From the NCBI RefSeq assembly GCF_001194135.2, contig NC_068999.1, forward strand, positions 22,389,666-22,441,620: a stretch of 51,955 nucleotides of DNA. The letters are read 5' to 3'. The position numbers and the translations under genes are program-made. Below the pieces are notes generated by a model. That model had not been told where the DNA came from. It was given only the letters and a program-made list of their open reading frames with translations, and made no database searches. This stretch comes from Octopus bimaculoides (lineage: Eukaryota). Positions 12,496-25,833 of this stretch are shown here, one piece after another (the stretch's first letter is position 1; every line of letters begins with the position of its first letter).

Positions 12496-12924
12496 TTCTA
12501 GGGGGAAAATGTGTTCTCGTATAATATCATTTCTCCTAGAGACCGCGATGGATGTTGCTATTGTTGCTGTTTAGCCCCAGGACAGGCTTAATCGAGAAGA
12601 CTTTATAATTACTACTGCGAGTAGGACGGAATCCCCTTCTAATCCTTACTTAATCAACACCTGTTCCTTTTGTCTGGTTTGACGGAAAGGTTCTTTCAAC
12701 TTTCCTTCGATAATCCCCCCTCTCCGCACATCCCATACTTTATGCCTTATTACATCACTTCTCTCTTTCTCTCTCTCCCTCTCATCTTTCTCGCTTTTTT
12801 TTTACACTATACATTCACCTTACTTTATCATTTACCCTTTGCGACATCACCAATGTACTCCTCTTTTCTTTCCTATTAGACAATGGCGTGAAGGCGCGTG
12901 GTTTGGGTATTCGGGATCTTTTCT

Positions 12925-13520
12925 CTTTCCAGTTTCTTCCATTTTTGTTCCAATTGATTTCATATTTGGTGAATTGATGAAGTTTTGTAAAGTAATCATT
13001 GACATGAAATTCATTTTCGCCATTAATCAATAAATAAAGAGTTAATAGCTTTTAAAGTTTGCAAATTTTGGGTAATTTTAGCCAGTCGAAAGCCAGAGAC
13101 ACATAGGTACCTGTTCCCGTGGTAACAAGCCAAACTGTTACTGAGCTGTTTCCAACGCTTATTAAAATGTTTAAAACACATGCAGTATGAGATGTGCTAA
13201 AAATAACAGCTAAACAGCGTATGAATTCCCGTGTGTAGAATATAAATTCGCAAAAATTTTCTGAAAATTCCCCAAAATAAAAAAAGTTATATGATGTGCG
13301 TAAAGCAGAATCCTGCCAGTATTTCATTTGCTTACAGTTGACAACATGTGCTGTCTTGCACAAAATGACAGCTTCCAAATCCTGTTTTCTGATTGGGTAA
13401 AAATGATCAAACTTTAAACCTCTGTAACTTAAAAAAAAAATTTCTGCAAAAAGTGGATTATCTTCCGAGATTCAACGTAGAAAATTACATCAATACACCG
13501 ATTTAAAAAAATTTCAGTAA
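12925..13520. mobile_element. Unclassified non-autonomous DNA element, copy 1
   Basis: Shares a ~60-bp near-identical block GCACAAAATGACAGCTTCCAAATCCTGTTTTCTGATTGGG and GTGCTAAAAATAACAGCTAAA with 19370-20370; degenerate subterminal inverted repeats. Confidence 0.6.
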
Positions 13521-13539
13521 ACTTTAACATTTCCAGTAT

Positions 13540-13805
13540 TGAACTCACGATCGTAAGGCCGTGAATTCGATTCCCGGAGCAAGACGCTTTATTTCACGTA
13601 GCTCCAGTCCACTCAACTGGCAAAAATGAGTAGTACCTGTAATTCAAAGGCCTAGCCTTGTCACATTCTGTGTCACGCTGAATCTCCTTGAGAACTGCAT
13701 TAAGGGTACCGTGCCTGAGCCACTCACACGCTAATTCCACGAGCAGTCAGTTCCGTTGATCGGATCAACTGGAACCCTCGTAGTCGTAACCGACGGAGTG
13801 CAGTA
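13540..13805 (+). mobile_element. SINE family C-related copy
   Basis: GAATTCGATTCCCGG...TTTATTTCACGTAGCTCCAGTCCACTCAACTG. Confidence 0.65.
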
Positions 13806-14479
13806 GACGATGGACAATTGCTTGAAATATCATATACTTCACTTCCCTTGTTAATTGATCGATCGAACTCTTCTATGTATTAACCGTTACCGGTACAATC
13901 TATCATCAGTGCTGTAGTTCCAGATTTTACCTTATCATAATCCAAAATGTTCTTTTTTTTTTTAGATATAAAAATAATACCGTCTCTTTTTTTAAATTTT
14001 TTATAACGAGACAAGGTATTATTTGTTCGATATTTGGCTGCTATTTCTAACAGCTCTCACAATCCTCAGAAGGACCGTTGTTTATGTAAGTAATCAGTTA
14101 CCCAGTACTCTCTCTAATTTCGAGTAAAAGCTGTACCTCAAAAGTGTTATCAGATGATCTGGCTTGTTATGAATTATGCCAAGGTCACAGCGCAGTGTCG
14201 GTACACTACGTTTACTATTTGATTTCACGTAGATAAATGAGTTTTGTAATACGAAGCTCAAGTGTTGTTAATTTGGGTTACATTGAGCGGAGACATAAAG
14301 GGAAGGTGGCACAAAATAGCAAATCAAAAATATAAAACAGACAAGATAAAGATAACTGGGATTAACAAATATCGATAATATATCCAATTTTATATATTAA
14401 TATACACGCGCACGCACATATATACACATGCAATGTAGTTAAATGAGCTACGAAATTAGTACGGTACAAACGAACAAGG

Positions 14480-14850
14480 CCTGGAATTTTGTGTGTGTGA
14501 TGGGAGAGTTAGTCGATTATATCGACCTCAGTACTCAACTGGGCTGAAAGGCAAAGTCAACCTCGGCGGAAACTGAACTCAGAACGTAAAGACGGACAAA
14601 ATACAGCTCGGCATTTTGTCCAGGGAGCTAACGATTCTGCCAGCTCGCAGCATTCGGAAATCTTATATCCTTTCTACTATAGACACAAGGCCTGAAATTT
14701 TGTGAAAGGGGGACAATATTACATCTCTCCCAGTGCTCAACTGGTACTTATTTCATCGACCGAGAAAGGATGAAAGGCAAATTCAGTCTTGGCGTAATTT
14801 GAACTTAGAACCTAAACATTTTGTGTTAACGATTCTGCCAGCTCCCCGCA
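14480..14850 (-). mobile_element. Two tandem SINE family B copies
   Basis: Copies at ~14480-14650 and ~14672-14850, both followed by GCATTCGGAAATCTTA. Confidence 0.75.
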
Positions 14851-14904
14851 TTCGGAAATCTTACTGTATCAACAGTGACACTTTCTTGACGATTGTTACT
14901 AACG

Positions 14905-16650
14905 AATGGAAAATCACATGAAAAAGACTTGATAGGCGGTTATTGGTACAGAAAACACATTTTCTTCAGAGCAGCCTTCGTCAGAGGAACAACGAACGAT
15001 GAGCAAGATGTGCCAGACTGGCTGATAAGTTGCTAGTACAAACTAGTGACTTAAAACCATGATTCGCATATAGCCAAAATACAAGTCCATAGCTTATTTG
15101 AATGTTATATATAAGTTGTACACAGGTTTCTTGAATGTATTACTCCAGGGTCACATCGAAACGCACAATGTAATGACTGATGAGCAGCAGGAGAAAAGAA
15201 AAGAGTAACGAACAGCTCATTAACAAAGCTGTCCCGAAGGAAACAAAGCAGCATTGCTGAAATTTACTGACTGATGGCTTTTAACTTTTGGATACTAGAA
15301 TGACAACACCTTGCCAAAATTCCAACTGCTATAGTCTTTGCTTTTAAGAGACATTAAAAGTCAGCAGCAGATCCACAGAACTATCGATAACAACTGAAGC
15401 GACTACTTTCGTCTCTAACAAAAATAGGTTATCAACAAGAATATTCATGTGAGACAGCTTATCTTTAATGACTACACGATATGATATTACCTATATCCTT
15501 TTTCGCTGACGACCTTAAGCTCTATTCGAGTTATATTCCTGACAAGAGAGACTTAGAACTGGTCACAATATTTTCAGAGGACATAGGAATACAGTTTGGT
15601 CAAGATAAGTTTTCATGTTTGGTAAATAGACGCAGCGAGGGGTAGGGGTACCAATGGTCTGTCTATTACCCCCATCTCCAATTGTTAATGTTACAAACAC
15701 CTTGGAATTGACGAGATTGCATATTGCTGGTGCTGTAAGTAAAGCTGGAGGAAAAAATGAATGCTTCAACAAACTTCGTTAGGTATAGAAATCAGAGCTA
15801 TCTGCATTCAATAAAGCTGAATCTTACAATGCTTTCGCAGTGTCCTGCAACTTGAATATCAGGACTACAAAGATAACTACCAGTAACTCCCACATCGACA
15901 GTGACACTAACAAGATCTATATTAAACGGAAGGATGGAGTCAAAGGCAAAAGGTCGATCCAAATGATATTTGAGTGCCGCATCACATCACTTAGACAACA
16001 TCTACTGAACAGTAAAAAGAGTAATGAAAATAATACATGTATACTTAACAGCAAAAGTAAAACATCACGATAGGCAAAGAACAGCCAGGAACAGGAGACA
16101 GCTTCTCAATATCGAGAGACAAGGATACCCTTAGACCTCTGTGTTGTGATAGAAAAATGTCGGTTGAGCCTCCCCAGAGTAGAAGATATCACCTTTATCA
16201 TAAGTAGCTGCTCAAAAATGTCTGCAAGATATTACCTTCCCAAGAGTCATTACATTGTCGCTAAAACCACCTCCAGTGTTATACGCAGGAAGGATTGCTC
16301 TGATGACCACATAAAGACATAGTAGAACCAGATTGTATTTACAGCTTTATTAACAATTACTGGTAAAACATTTTGATAAAAACAGCAACTCTGTGTAAGT
16401 AAAATAGACCAGATATTGTTTTAGGGTACAGGGACCAAAAGTTATGCACTGTTGTATAGATCGACTTCTTTTATTTGTATCTATTTCTTAAGTTCACTGG
16501 GTCACGTAACAACAGATAGATTTGCATTAAAAAAATTGAAATGCTGGAGTTCCCATGAAAGAAAACAAAGCAAACAGTCGCATTCGCCAAATGCAATAGA
16601 GTAGTGGTACAGTGAAAATATGTGACACTTTGCAGAAATTTTCCTTTTGA
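14905..16650 (+). mobile_element. Degenerate R4/Dong-like non-LTR retrotransposon (RT plus restriction-like endonuclease)
   Basis: KDLIGGYWYRK, PDWL, FADDLKLY, FSEDIGIQFGQDK, YIKRKDG...SIQMIFECRITSLRQHL, NRPDIV, SGTVKI motifs in colinear order with many stops and frameshifts. Confidence 0.8.
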
Positions 16651-16999
16651 AGTTCCTTGGCTGAACATAGTTAGATTTACATATGCACACCCAATGATGA
16701 GGCACACACACACACGTGTACTAAAGTAACTTGTACATCCATTACAGAAGTACATGTATATCGACACATGCACATACATAGATGCATAGACTAACCAAGT
16801 TAAAAATTCAGAAACACCATGAGCTGTTTGCCTGAAACAAAGGAGCCTTGCTACTTTGTTAGTGTCTGGCTTTAATTCTGCATAGGAAAATACTCAAAGA
16901 CATCCCAAAGAAAAAACATTTAAACATGCATTCATACATGTATACAAATTTATAAGTATAACTAATTCTTTCTACAATACGCACCTGAAAATTAGGTGA

Positions 17000-17352
17000 G
17001 TGGGTTAGTCGATTAAACCGATCCCATTGCTCAGCTAGCATTTATTTTTATCGACTTCGAAGTGATGAAAGGCAAAGTTAATCTCGACGGCGGCATTTGA
17101 TCTCAGTAAGTAAAGACAAACGAAAATGCCACTAAGCATTTTGTTCGGCGTGCTAACAATTCAGCCGGCTTGCTGCCTTATTTCTTTTAATTTTGGAACA
17201 AGGACAGCAATTTTGGAGGGGAATGGAATGTTAGTCGATTACATCGACCTCAATATTTGATTGGTACTTTATTTTATCGATTCCCCGAAAGGATGAAAGG
17301 CAAAGTTGGACTTTGGTGAGAAATTCCGCTATGCATTTCATTCGACGTGCCA
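17000..17352 (-). mobile_element. Two tandem SINE family B copies
   Basis: GATGAAAGGCAAAGTT core present twice. Confidence 0.75.
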
Positions 17353-17460
17353 ACATGTATATGTAGCTCTTTGCTACATATATATATAAATGCATATACA
17401 TGCATAAGTACAACTCTAGAAATACAACTAAATAACACACGCGCACACACAATTTTGCAT

Positions 17461-17848
17461 GGCTGTGTGGTAAGAAGCTTGCTTACGAACCACATGTTTC
17501 CGGGTTCAGTCCCACTGCGTGGCACCTTGGGCAAGTGTCTTCTATTATAGCCTCGGGCCGACCAAAGCCTTGTGAGTGGATTTGGTAGACGGAAACTGAA
17601 AGCCCGTCGTGTATATATATATGTATGTATGTGTGTATGTATATGTTTGTGTGTCTGTGTTTGTTCTCCCAACATCGCTTGACAACCGATGCTGGTGTGT
17701 TTACGTCCCCGTGTCTTAGCGGTTCGGCAAAAGGACCGATAGAATAAGTACTAGGCTTACAAAGAATAAGTCCTGGGGTGAATTTGCTCGACTAAAGGCG
17801 GTGCTCCAGCATGGCCACAGTCAAATAACTGAAACAAGTAAAAGAGTA
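17461..17848 (+). mobile_element. SINE family A, near full-length CpG-rich copy (tRNA-like head, internal TA/TG tract)
   Basis: GGCTGTGTGGTAAG...GGTTCAGTCCC A/B-box-like head; 3' end GAAACAAGTAAAAGAG; more than 15 related copies or fragments in the window. Confidence 0.88.
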
Positions 17849-19219
17849 TACTCACATGAGTCGCTTTAAGTAGTCGAAGTCTGTGCTGAAGTTGTCTGTA
17901 GCGAAGTAACAAAGTGAAATGCATAAATAAAGTTTAAGATAAACACGATCCAATAAAAAAAGTAATATTTTCTTAAGCACGTGATTTCGGCTTTCTTTTT
18001 TAAATAGTTCAAAACTATGTAGTTAATAGATAACCAGAAAGCCAAGTCACGAAAAAAAAAAAAAAAAAAAAATCTAAGTTTGTTTAAATATGATGACCTT
18101 AAGGAATACCTCATATTGTTTTGTTACTTTGGAAATGCAATACGCATATAATTATGTTAACCACCATTCCGAAGATTCTCTATAGCTATTCGACTATTAT
18201 ACGTATATATTGCACCGTGTATATAATCTAGAAACGTAATGAAAATACACTTGGTATATAGTTATGTTATAGTTACGATGTATATAAGTAATACAGATTC
18301 TGGTTACTAGAATCCGTAAAACTCATATACAACGCCTACACATGAACAAAATACCTATTTTTTCAATATTCTACATTTCGTGTTGGCCTCGTGCCAAAAT
18401 TTGAAATCAATATTCTACATTTTGATTGGTTTAATTCCGGTGATGAAACTGATCTAGATATTTCATTTCTAAAGATGGAGTTAATTGTCCAAAATTTAAT
18501 AATCTTATTAACAGTAACTCATATCAGACACATAAAAAAAAGCGTTCTAAACAACAAATTTGGCTAAGAAAAAAGTCACAATTTTGTCTAGGAAACTCAG
18601 GCAATCAAACAAAAAAATATTCCAGTCAGTCACAATTTATTAAAGTACCATAAATAAATAAAACAAAGCATTTTAAATCAGTTATTAACTGGCAATATAT
18701 GATTTGTACATATTGACAACTCTATTTATATATGATGGCATTACTTCTTTTATCTGAATTAGTTTATGAAATCATGTATAGTAAGTCAATCAGACATTTC
18801 TACGCTAAAAATATTTAGCCAGAGTCAAATCATCAAAGAAACATATATACACGCTCACACAAATCGTAAAATATCCATGGAATCTGTTTCAGTTAATACA
18901 CACATATACACAAATGTTCAAATAATCGAACTGTAGTAGTTACAACAACCTACATTTACAGAGATTCGCGGTAGCTTAAGTTAGTTTAACTGCTGCATAC
19001 TTTGTGTCTGATTTAGACAATCAAACGACAACAGTAAGCAGCTTGTAAGCAGGCGAACCAAGAACTTGGGAAATACAATGAGAAGACAACAGCGTAAATA
19101 GAACAAGATGATTGCTCGTTATTTTTAATCTAACAATTAGATAATCTTATCTTGAAGTTGATTTAACCATCAGATCTTAATCTATTTGTGTTTTCTACAT
19201 TGTTTATACTCATTAAAGC

Positions 19220-19360
19220 TCTGTGTGTGTGTGTAAATTAGCAGAAACGTTATATAGCACTAAGAAGAAATGCGCAGGATCTTTTCTCTGTGTGTGTGTA
19301 AATTAGCAGAAAAGTTATATAGCACTAAGTTAAGAAGAAATGGACAGGGTCTTTTCTCTT
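19220..19360. repeat. Local tandem duplication (~67-70 bp x2)
   Basis: CTCTGTGTGTGTGTAAATTAGCAGAAA.GTTATATAGCACTAAG twice. Confidence 0.85.
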
Positions 19361-19369
19361 TGGCTGCCA

Positions 19370-20370
19370 GCATCAGTTTCTGTTCGAATTGATTTCATAT
19401 TCAATGTAATGATACTCTTTTATAGGTTAATCAATGCCATGAAAATCATTTTTGCTAAAAATAAAAAAATAAAGAGTTATTAGCTATTATTTTTGAAAAA
19501 TTCGGCTAATTTTAGCCAATCGTAAGTCACAGACACATTCATGCCTGTTTTCATAATAACAAGTGCAACATGAAAACTTTTTTTATCTGCGAGAAAGCAC
19601 TTGTCAAATATATTGAAACCACTTGTTGACGGTGTATTCTACTGTTTTATCCACTTGGTAATTTTACCTATCTATTGACAATTGAGCATGTAAATCTATG
19701 TGGCATAGGAGATAAGAAAATTGTGATTTGTTCATGAAACTGATTAAATGCATTTCTAACTTTCGTTTTCAGTGAAATGGTCAACAAAATGTTTTTTTTT
19801 TAAATATTTAATTTGTAATGTGTTATTTTGTTTTTAGATAAATCTTTTAAGTTCGTGCTCGAAGTCTCATATTTTGAGAAATATTTAATTTGTAATGTGC
19901 TGTTTATCGCATTAAATACACATTGAATGCTTAAAACTACAAAAGATGTGCTGTTTACTCGTTTCTTTTGTCGTGTGCTAAAAATAACAGCTAAATAACG
20001 TTTATGGATAAATATTTTAAGTTCGTGCTGTCGCATTAAATGCATGATGAATGCTTAAAACTACAAAATATGTGCTGTTTACTAGTTTCCTTTTGTCACT
20101 GAGGTGGTTGGGCTAAAAATAACAGCTAAATAACGTTTTTGGATAAATCTTTTATGTTCGTGCTCTCACATTAAGTGCATATTGAATACTTCAAACTACA
20201 AAACACGCGTTGTTTACAAATATTGACAACGTGCTATTTTCAGGATGCTGACAACAAAATGTGAAGGCACGCACAAAATGACAGCTTCCAAATCCTGTTT
20301 TCTGATTGGGTGAAAATGATCAAACTTTAAAAAAAATCCTTTTTTTTCTGGAAAAAGTGAAATAACTCCA
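19370..20370. mobile_element. Unclassified non-autonomous DNA element, copy 2, with ~3 internal 120-135-bp subrepeats
   Basis: Homology to 12925-13520; repeated GATAAATCTTTTAAGTTCGTGCT / GAATGCTTAAAACTACAAAA blocks at ~19830-20230. Confidence 0.6.
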
Positions 20371-20384
20371 GCTATTCAGCTTGG

Positions 20385-21255
20385 AGGATCTTTGTGATTT
20401 GACGGGCAACATTTTTTTATGTAGTGTTTTTGGTACCGAAACACTTTCAAACTTCGAATACTTGTATATTTTGTGTTATAGAAAAGATAAAAAATTTTGT
20501 ATTCTAAGTTATTTCATGTAAAAAAATTGTCGTATTTCGGTAATTTCAACCAATCACTGACGTCTATTGAGGTGAAAACAATTACGCCGGGGAATGTAAA
20601 CAACGGTGTTACNNNNNNNNNNNNNNNNNNNNNNNNNNNNNNNNNNNNNNNNNNNNNNNNNNNNNNNNNNNNNNNNNNNNNNNNNNNNNNNNNNNNNNNN
20701 NNNNNNNNNNNNNNNNNNNNNNNNNNNNNNNNNNNNNNNNNNNNNNNNNNNNNNNNNNNNNNNNNNNNNNNNNNNNNNNNNNNNNNNNNNNNNNNNNNNN
20801 NNNNNNNNNNNNNNNNNNNNNNNNNNNNNNNNNNNNNNNNNNNNNNNNNNNNNNNNNNNNNNNNNNNNNNNNNNNNNNNNNNNNNNNNNNNNNNNNNNNN
20901 NNNNNNNNNNNNNNNNNNNNNNNNNNNNNNNNNNNNNNNNNNNNNNNNNNNNNNNNNNNNNNNNNNNNNNNNNNNNNNNNNNNNNNNNNNNNNNNNNNNN
21001 NAATTAAACAGGGAATAACACACTTGACACCAAACAGCACTAACTGTATTCAGCTGAATAGACGTCAGTGATTGGTTGAAATTACAAAAATACAACAACT
21101 TTAACATGAAATAACTTGCGATGTACAATTTTTTGTTAAGAAGGTTAAGCGAAGAAGTTGTTTTATATGACACATTCTACCAGTGTCCCAAGTTTGAAAG
21201 TGTTTCGTTAAGAAAACAAGTGTTGCCCGCCAAATCACAAAGATCTAGCTTGGAA
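20385..21255. mobile_element. Long-TIR element spanning an assembly gap
   Basis: AAGTTATTTCATGT...GTAATTTCAACCAATCACTGACGTCTATT inverted on both sides of the gap, plus outer GATCTTTGTGATTTG.CGGGCAACA / CGAAACACTTTCAAACTT. Confidence 0.7.
20613..21001. other. Assembly gap (N run); other gaps at 6237-6246, 32335-32362, 33889-33916, 35672-36062
   Basis: Runs of n. Confidence 1.
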
Positions 21256-23584
21256 AACTACATTAATGTGCCAAATTTTAAAATTTTCGATAAACTTGAA
21301 GAGACCACGGATTTTCTCTCTGCGGACAGAAATACAGATCAGTCAAACTGGTTCCAATGTTTGTGTGAATTACAACAGATATCTGTAAGGAAATGATAAA
21401 CACTCGCTGGGTGCTTTGCAATTCCATACACAATACTTGAAAGTAGAAAAGTGAGGACAAGTTTTCTCTGAATAACAACAATAATTTATTTCCAGTGGGA
21501 AAAATTCCATCTCAGGTTAGCGGTAGCCGTGAATGCCTTGGTGAAGAAAGCAGCAGAGTTGAAAGTTAGACACAAAAGTAAACAGGCATTATTGCAGACT
21601 CGCAGTGTCATTTGCCATTAAAAGTCCATTCTCCATGGAGCTGCTCTGAGTTGCGTCTTACTTGGTCAGAAGCCACGATCGAAGAGAGTGAATGGAGGTG
21701 AACTCTAGCTACTGCTGATGATTGCGCATGTGCATAAGAGGCTTCCATCAGGTCTTTTGGAAAGCTCTAATCCTTGCACATGTGTAGATGAATCTTTGGG
21801 CAAAATTGTATTCTATATTGGAAACATAGAAATTAAAAAAAAAAAAATGCCCACAAAAAATGGTTGGTGTACACATTCTTTACCTCTGCCAAACATTTAA
21901 AAGGTTGCAGCAGAAGCCATATCCAACTGGCTAAATCTTGGTCATCAATACCTCAACCTTTTGATGTCTCCATAGCCTGTCTCCTACTACAATGACCATT
22001 GTTCTTTAGAACTTGGTGCTTACCACCTCTACCCAGGCCTATCCATCTTCCCTCTTATCACCTGTCCAAATCTTTCCTTTGTTGAATGTCAATCCACTGA
22101 AATTCTCTCTCTACCAACATATTTCCAACAGATGTCAATTTACAGATATTTAGACTGAACCTAAAATACATTACTCTCTCTAGCTTCTGAAGACTTGTGA
22201 AGGTTGCGTATCCAATCCTATTTCCTCCTGACTAAGCTAAACCGTACCCTCCCCCGCCAAAAAAACACCACCTAATATTTTAAAAAAACCCTACATTTGA
22301 ATAGTTAGCTGTAGAGCAGGTAACTAGCTACTATTAAAGACAAATTTCTAATATTTAAAAACAACAAACTAGAATGATGTAAATGTTATGTTTGAAAATA
22401 TAAATAAATAAGAAAGAAACTTTTACATTTAGAAATATTTTTAATCAATGAAAATGTATAAACATTAAAAATATATTTTTATATACTGCAGCAAATAACA
22501 TTAAAGAAAACTTATTTGACAACAAAATTTTTGCATAGTACATATATTGCAGTGTCTCTCATGATACATGGCAATGAAAACTTAATTACCCGAGATTATT
22601 CCTGTAATTAGTGAAGGTAAAAAAGCAAGCAGGAAGGATAACTCCAATAAAAATAACAATTGATGAGTGAATCTTGGCTTTATTCCAGTGGTGAAAACAA
22701 TAGTTGTTTCAATCTTATTAGACTGCCACATCAATGGAAATGCTACTCAGCAAGCAAAACTTAAAAGTGATAAGTATATAGATACATAGATAGAAAGAAT
22801 GATGGATATATTGAGAGAATGAAGCAATGCTGATTATGAATATCAACAATATAAGTGAGGAAAAATACCTCAGACAAACATTCTGCAGACTAGATATACT
22901 CATTATGTAACATACCACCATCATTATTGGCATTTAGCATTAATTTTCCATGGTTTAACAGGATCTGGTAAGCTGCAGGACTGCATTGAGTTCCAGTGTT
23001 AGCTTTGACATGTTTCCAATGACTAAATGTCTTGAAAAGCTTTGATCAACTGAAAATAATCCATACAAAAACGCAGCCATATTTCATTTCACAAACACCA
23101 GATTTCCATTAAAAGATGGTTAAGATAAAAATTATATTTTCATATTGTCACATTATCATCATCATTTAATGTCCGTTTTCAATGCTGGCATATTTCCCAA
23201 TAAAGACAGGATGATTGTGATTAGAAGTGAAGATCTAATAACTCTTCCAATCTATAACACTGTTCAAATACATCTCGATGAGTCATAAAAAAAAACATTA
23301 ACACTGATATATGACTGAAATCAAATTACTTAAAGAAAACTATTTATTTCATGCTTTTGTTTTATTTATAAACATTTTTAATCATTTGGTATTAGTTTAT
23401 TTCAAATATAAACATTTTCAATAATGAGGATAAAAATGTGTAATTTTTAACTATTCATCAAAATATATAGCATCTTTATTTCTGTAGATGTCCCATAAAA
23501 AAAAAGAACAAAAAACATAGTTGTTGTGGAATATATTTGACTTCCTATAGGAAGAGGTAAATTAAAATTTTTGAATGATCAAAT

Positions 23585-23710
23585 TTATTTCAGGTACTTT
23601 TGAATTATAGTTTCATTGAACCAGGAGAGAGTGAACCGCAGATGGTCTGAAGGGAAACTTAATAAATGCAGGCGTCCAGTTTTATTGAGTGTCTTCAGTC
23701 CAAGTCGATC
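23585..23710 (-). CDS. PPT1: PPT1 last coding exon (126 nt incl. TAA), catalytic His
   Basis: ttttcag|GAT...TAA; DRLGLKTLNKTGRLHLLSFPSDHLRFTLSWFNETIIQKYLK*. Confidence 0.97.
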   Translation of the reverse strand, partial: DRLGLKTLNKTGRLHLLSFPSDHLRFTLSWFNETIIQKYLK

Positions 23711-24502
23711 CTGAAAATTTCAATTTATATAAAATTATAAATTATTCAACAATTTTAGAAACCTAAATATTTCATTAGTTTAACACTCATTTAATATATT
23801 TATGTTAACTTTGATAGATTTGTGAATTATAAGTAGACTGAAATTATTTCAGGGGAAATAACTTCGATATTATAAAAAAATTATTTTCACATGTATTATA
23901 TTACTTTGTTTGAGCCTCAATGCTAGTGACTAACTTACTTTATTGTGGAACCCCTATACTTTACAGACAAGCCCTGCCACTCTAATTTTAATAAGACATT
24001 AAATGAAACAACAGTTATTTAAGAGAGAAAATAATCACATAAAAAACAGTCTGAAAATAGTGAATATTTTTTTACAAAATAAATTTTTATTAAATCTTAT
24101 CAAAACTTATCTCTTAGAATTCCAGAAATTTTGCATGGAATCTCAGTGTTTCTTTGGAATTCATTTTGTGAAGCACTGCTCTATGCAGCAGGACTTGCTA
24201 GATATAGCTAAATTACACCCTATCACCTTGAAAAAGACAGGACACATTAGACAATGCAGCCTTAGTATTACAAAAAAAGATGGGATGGTCACAGTTAGAA
24301 TGCCTCTGACCATAGGTCAGCTTCGTCAAGGCTGATGTGGAGCTAAACAATAGCAACATTACTTTGTTTAATGGTGAAACAGAATTAAAACTGAAAAAAT
24401 TAGATAATAGAGATGTTACGGTTACTTTGAATAATTCAAATATTTTCAAAAGAATAGTCAGTTTGATGCAGAGTGTGATCTATAAAAATTAAATCCACTT
24501 AC

Positions 24503-24574
24503 CTCTTTGTATAAAGGACTTTCTTCCATTGTGTATGTTTCTTTGTCTTGGCCAGGTTTGTAGAAGCCAAACCA
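24503..24574 (-). CDS. PPT1: PPT1 coding exon 8 (72 nt)
   Basis: ttttaag|TGG...GAG|gtaagt; WFGFYKPGQDKETYTMEESPLYKE. Confidence 0.97.
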
Positions 24575-25032
24575 CTTAAAAAAAAGGCACCAGTAAAAAC
24601 CACATTATTTAAATGTTGTAAAACATAAAAATATAAAGAAAGGAAAAACTTATAAAAATAATTTACTATGCAAACACAACTCGTTAAGAATCTTAAAACA
24701 ATGAATGTTATGGGAGAAAACTTCAGGCAGTCACTGAATTTGTTCAATGCAGTACTCTTAGAAAAGTTCTCCCAGTTTTTATGCATAGTTTAAAGCAGTA
24801 AGTCCCTCATATCAATAATTAAAACTAAGATACTGATGAACTGTAACTGAGACTGCAAAACTAGACATTGCATATTCATTGTATTAGAACTACATGTTAA
24901 ATAAGCCATCTTCTGCAATAGATCTGCTACTTAAATCAACAACATTAAAATAGAAATGTCAATGATATTGACAATGATTATTGAAAGGGGAAAAATTTAG
25001 AACTCAGAAATAATAATAAGGAAAGTATCATC

Positions 25033-25064
<32 letters not shown>

Positions 25065-25734
25065 ATAACAATCATCTTCCATGTTGGCATGGGTTGCACA
25101 GTTAGACAGGATCCAACAAGTTGGAGGAATGTGTCAAACTACAATGTTTGTTTTGACATGGTTTCTACAGCTGGATACCTTTCCTAATGCCAACCATTTT
25201 ACAGAGTGTATTATTAGGTGCTTTTATTGTCCCCAGTGAGGTTGCCAAGTAACTTTCTAGACAAAAACAAAAGACCCTTCGACTAAGCAGGGCTGGAGTG
25301 GAGAGGGAGGTGTCTTTATGTCAGGTGTTGAGAAGCTAAAGTATGATCATAGGACAGGTACAAGTGTTTTGCTGTAGAAGAGCTATATGGTTACTCTGCA
25401 TTATATAATGGTAGATAGGAGTAACTGGAAATAAAAATAATAGCTATAATGTTCTTAACGAGTCAAGCACATTAGAGAGTAAGAATTTAATTTTTAAAGA
25501 TTAATTTGAAAAAAAAAACCCCAAAGAATTATGGTACTAAGTGTAAATTTAGACATTGTTCAGGGATGTGAAAAATTCAGAAAAGAAATACAAAAGCAAA
25601 ATGTAAATTTGATTTGTTTCCCTTATCTGCTTAAAATCAGCATCCTGTGCTCATTATATAAATTCCTCACCTGCAATAACAAAAAGGAACAAAAGATAAA
25701 AGTTCACAGAGGAATTTCAGATTTATTTACTTAC

Positions 25735-25833
25735 TTCACTTTCTCTAGGCTGAACCATTTCATCCTGAGTAAATTTGACTAGAACAAAGTTTTTCAATTT
25801 CAGCAAGTTTTTCTTATAGGGCAAAATGTTTGG
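25735..25833 (-). CDS. PPT1: PPT1 coding exon 7 (99 nt), catalytic Asp
   Basis: atttcag|CCA...GAA|gtaagt; PNILPYKKNLLKLKNFVLVKFTQDEMVQPRESE. Confidence 0.97.

Noticed and set aside
14975-15200. CTGACGA (minus strand, ~14980) and CTGATGA (15177) hammerhead-like cores
   Set aside because: No stems I-III or correctly placed GAAA/NUH; they fall inside decayed LINE coding sequence. The same applies to CTGATGA at ~16300, ~24835 and ~48964.
17461-17530. tRNA-like A/B boxes here and at 8353, 38888 and others
   Set aside because: No cloverleaf that I could build; they are SINE heads followed by family bodies, not tRNA genes.
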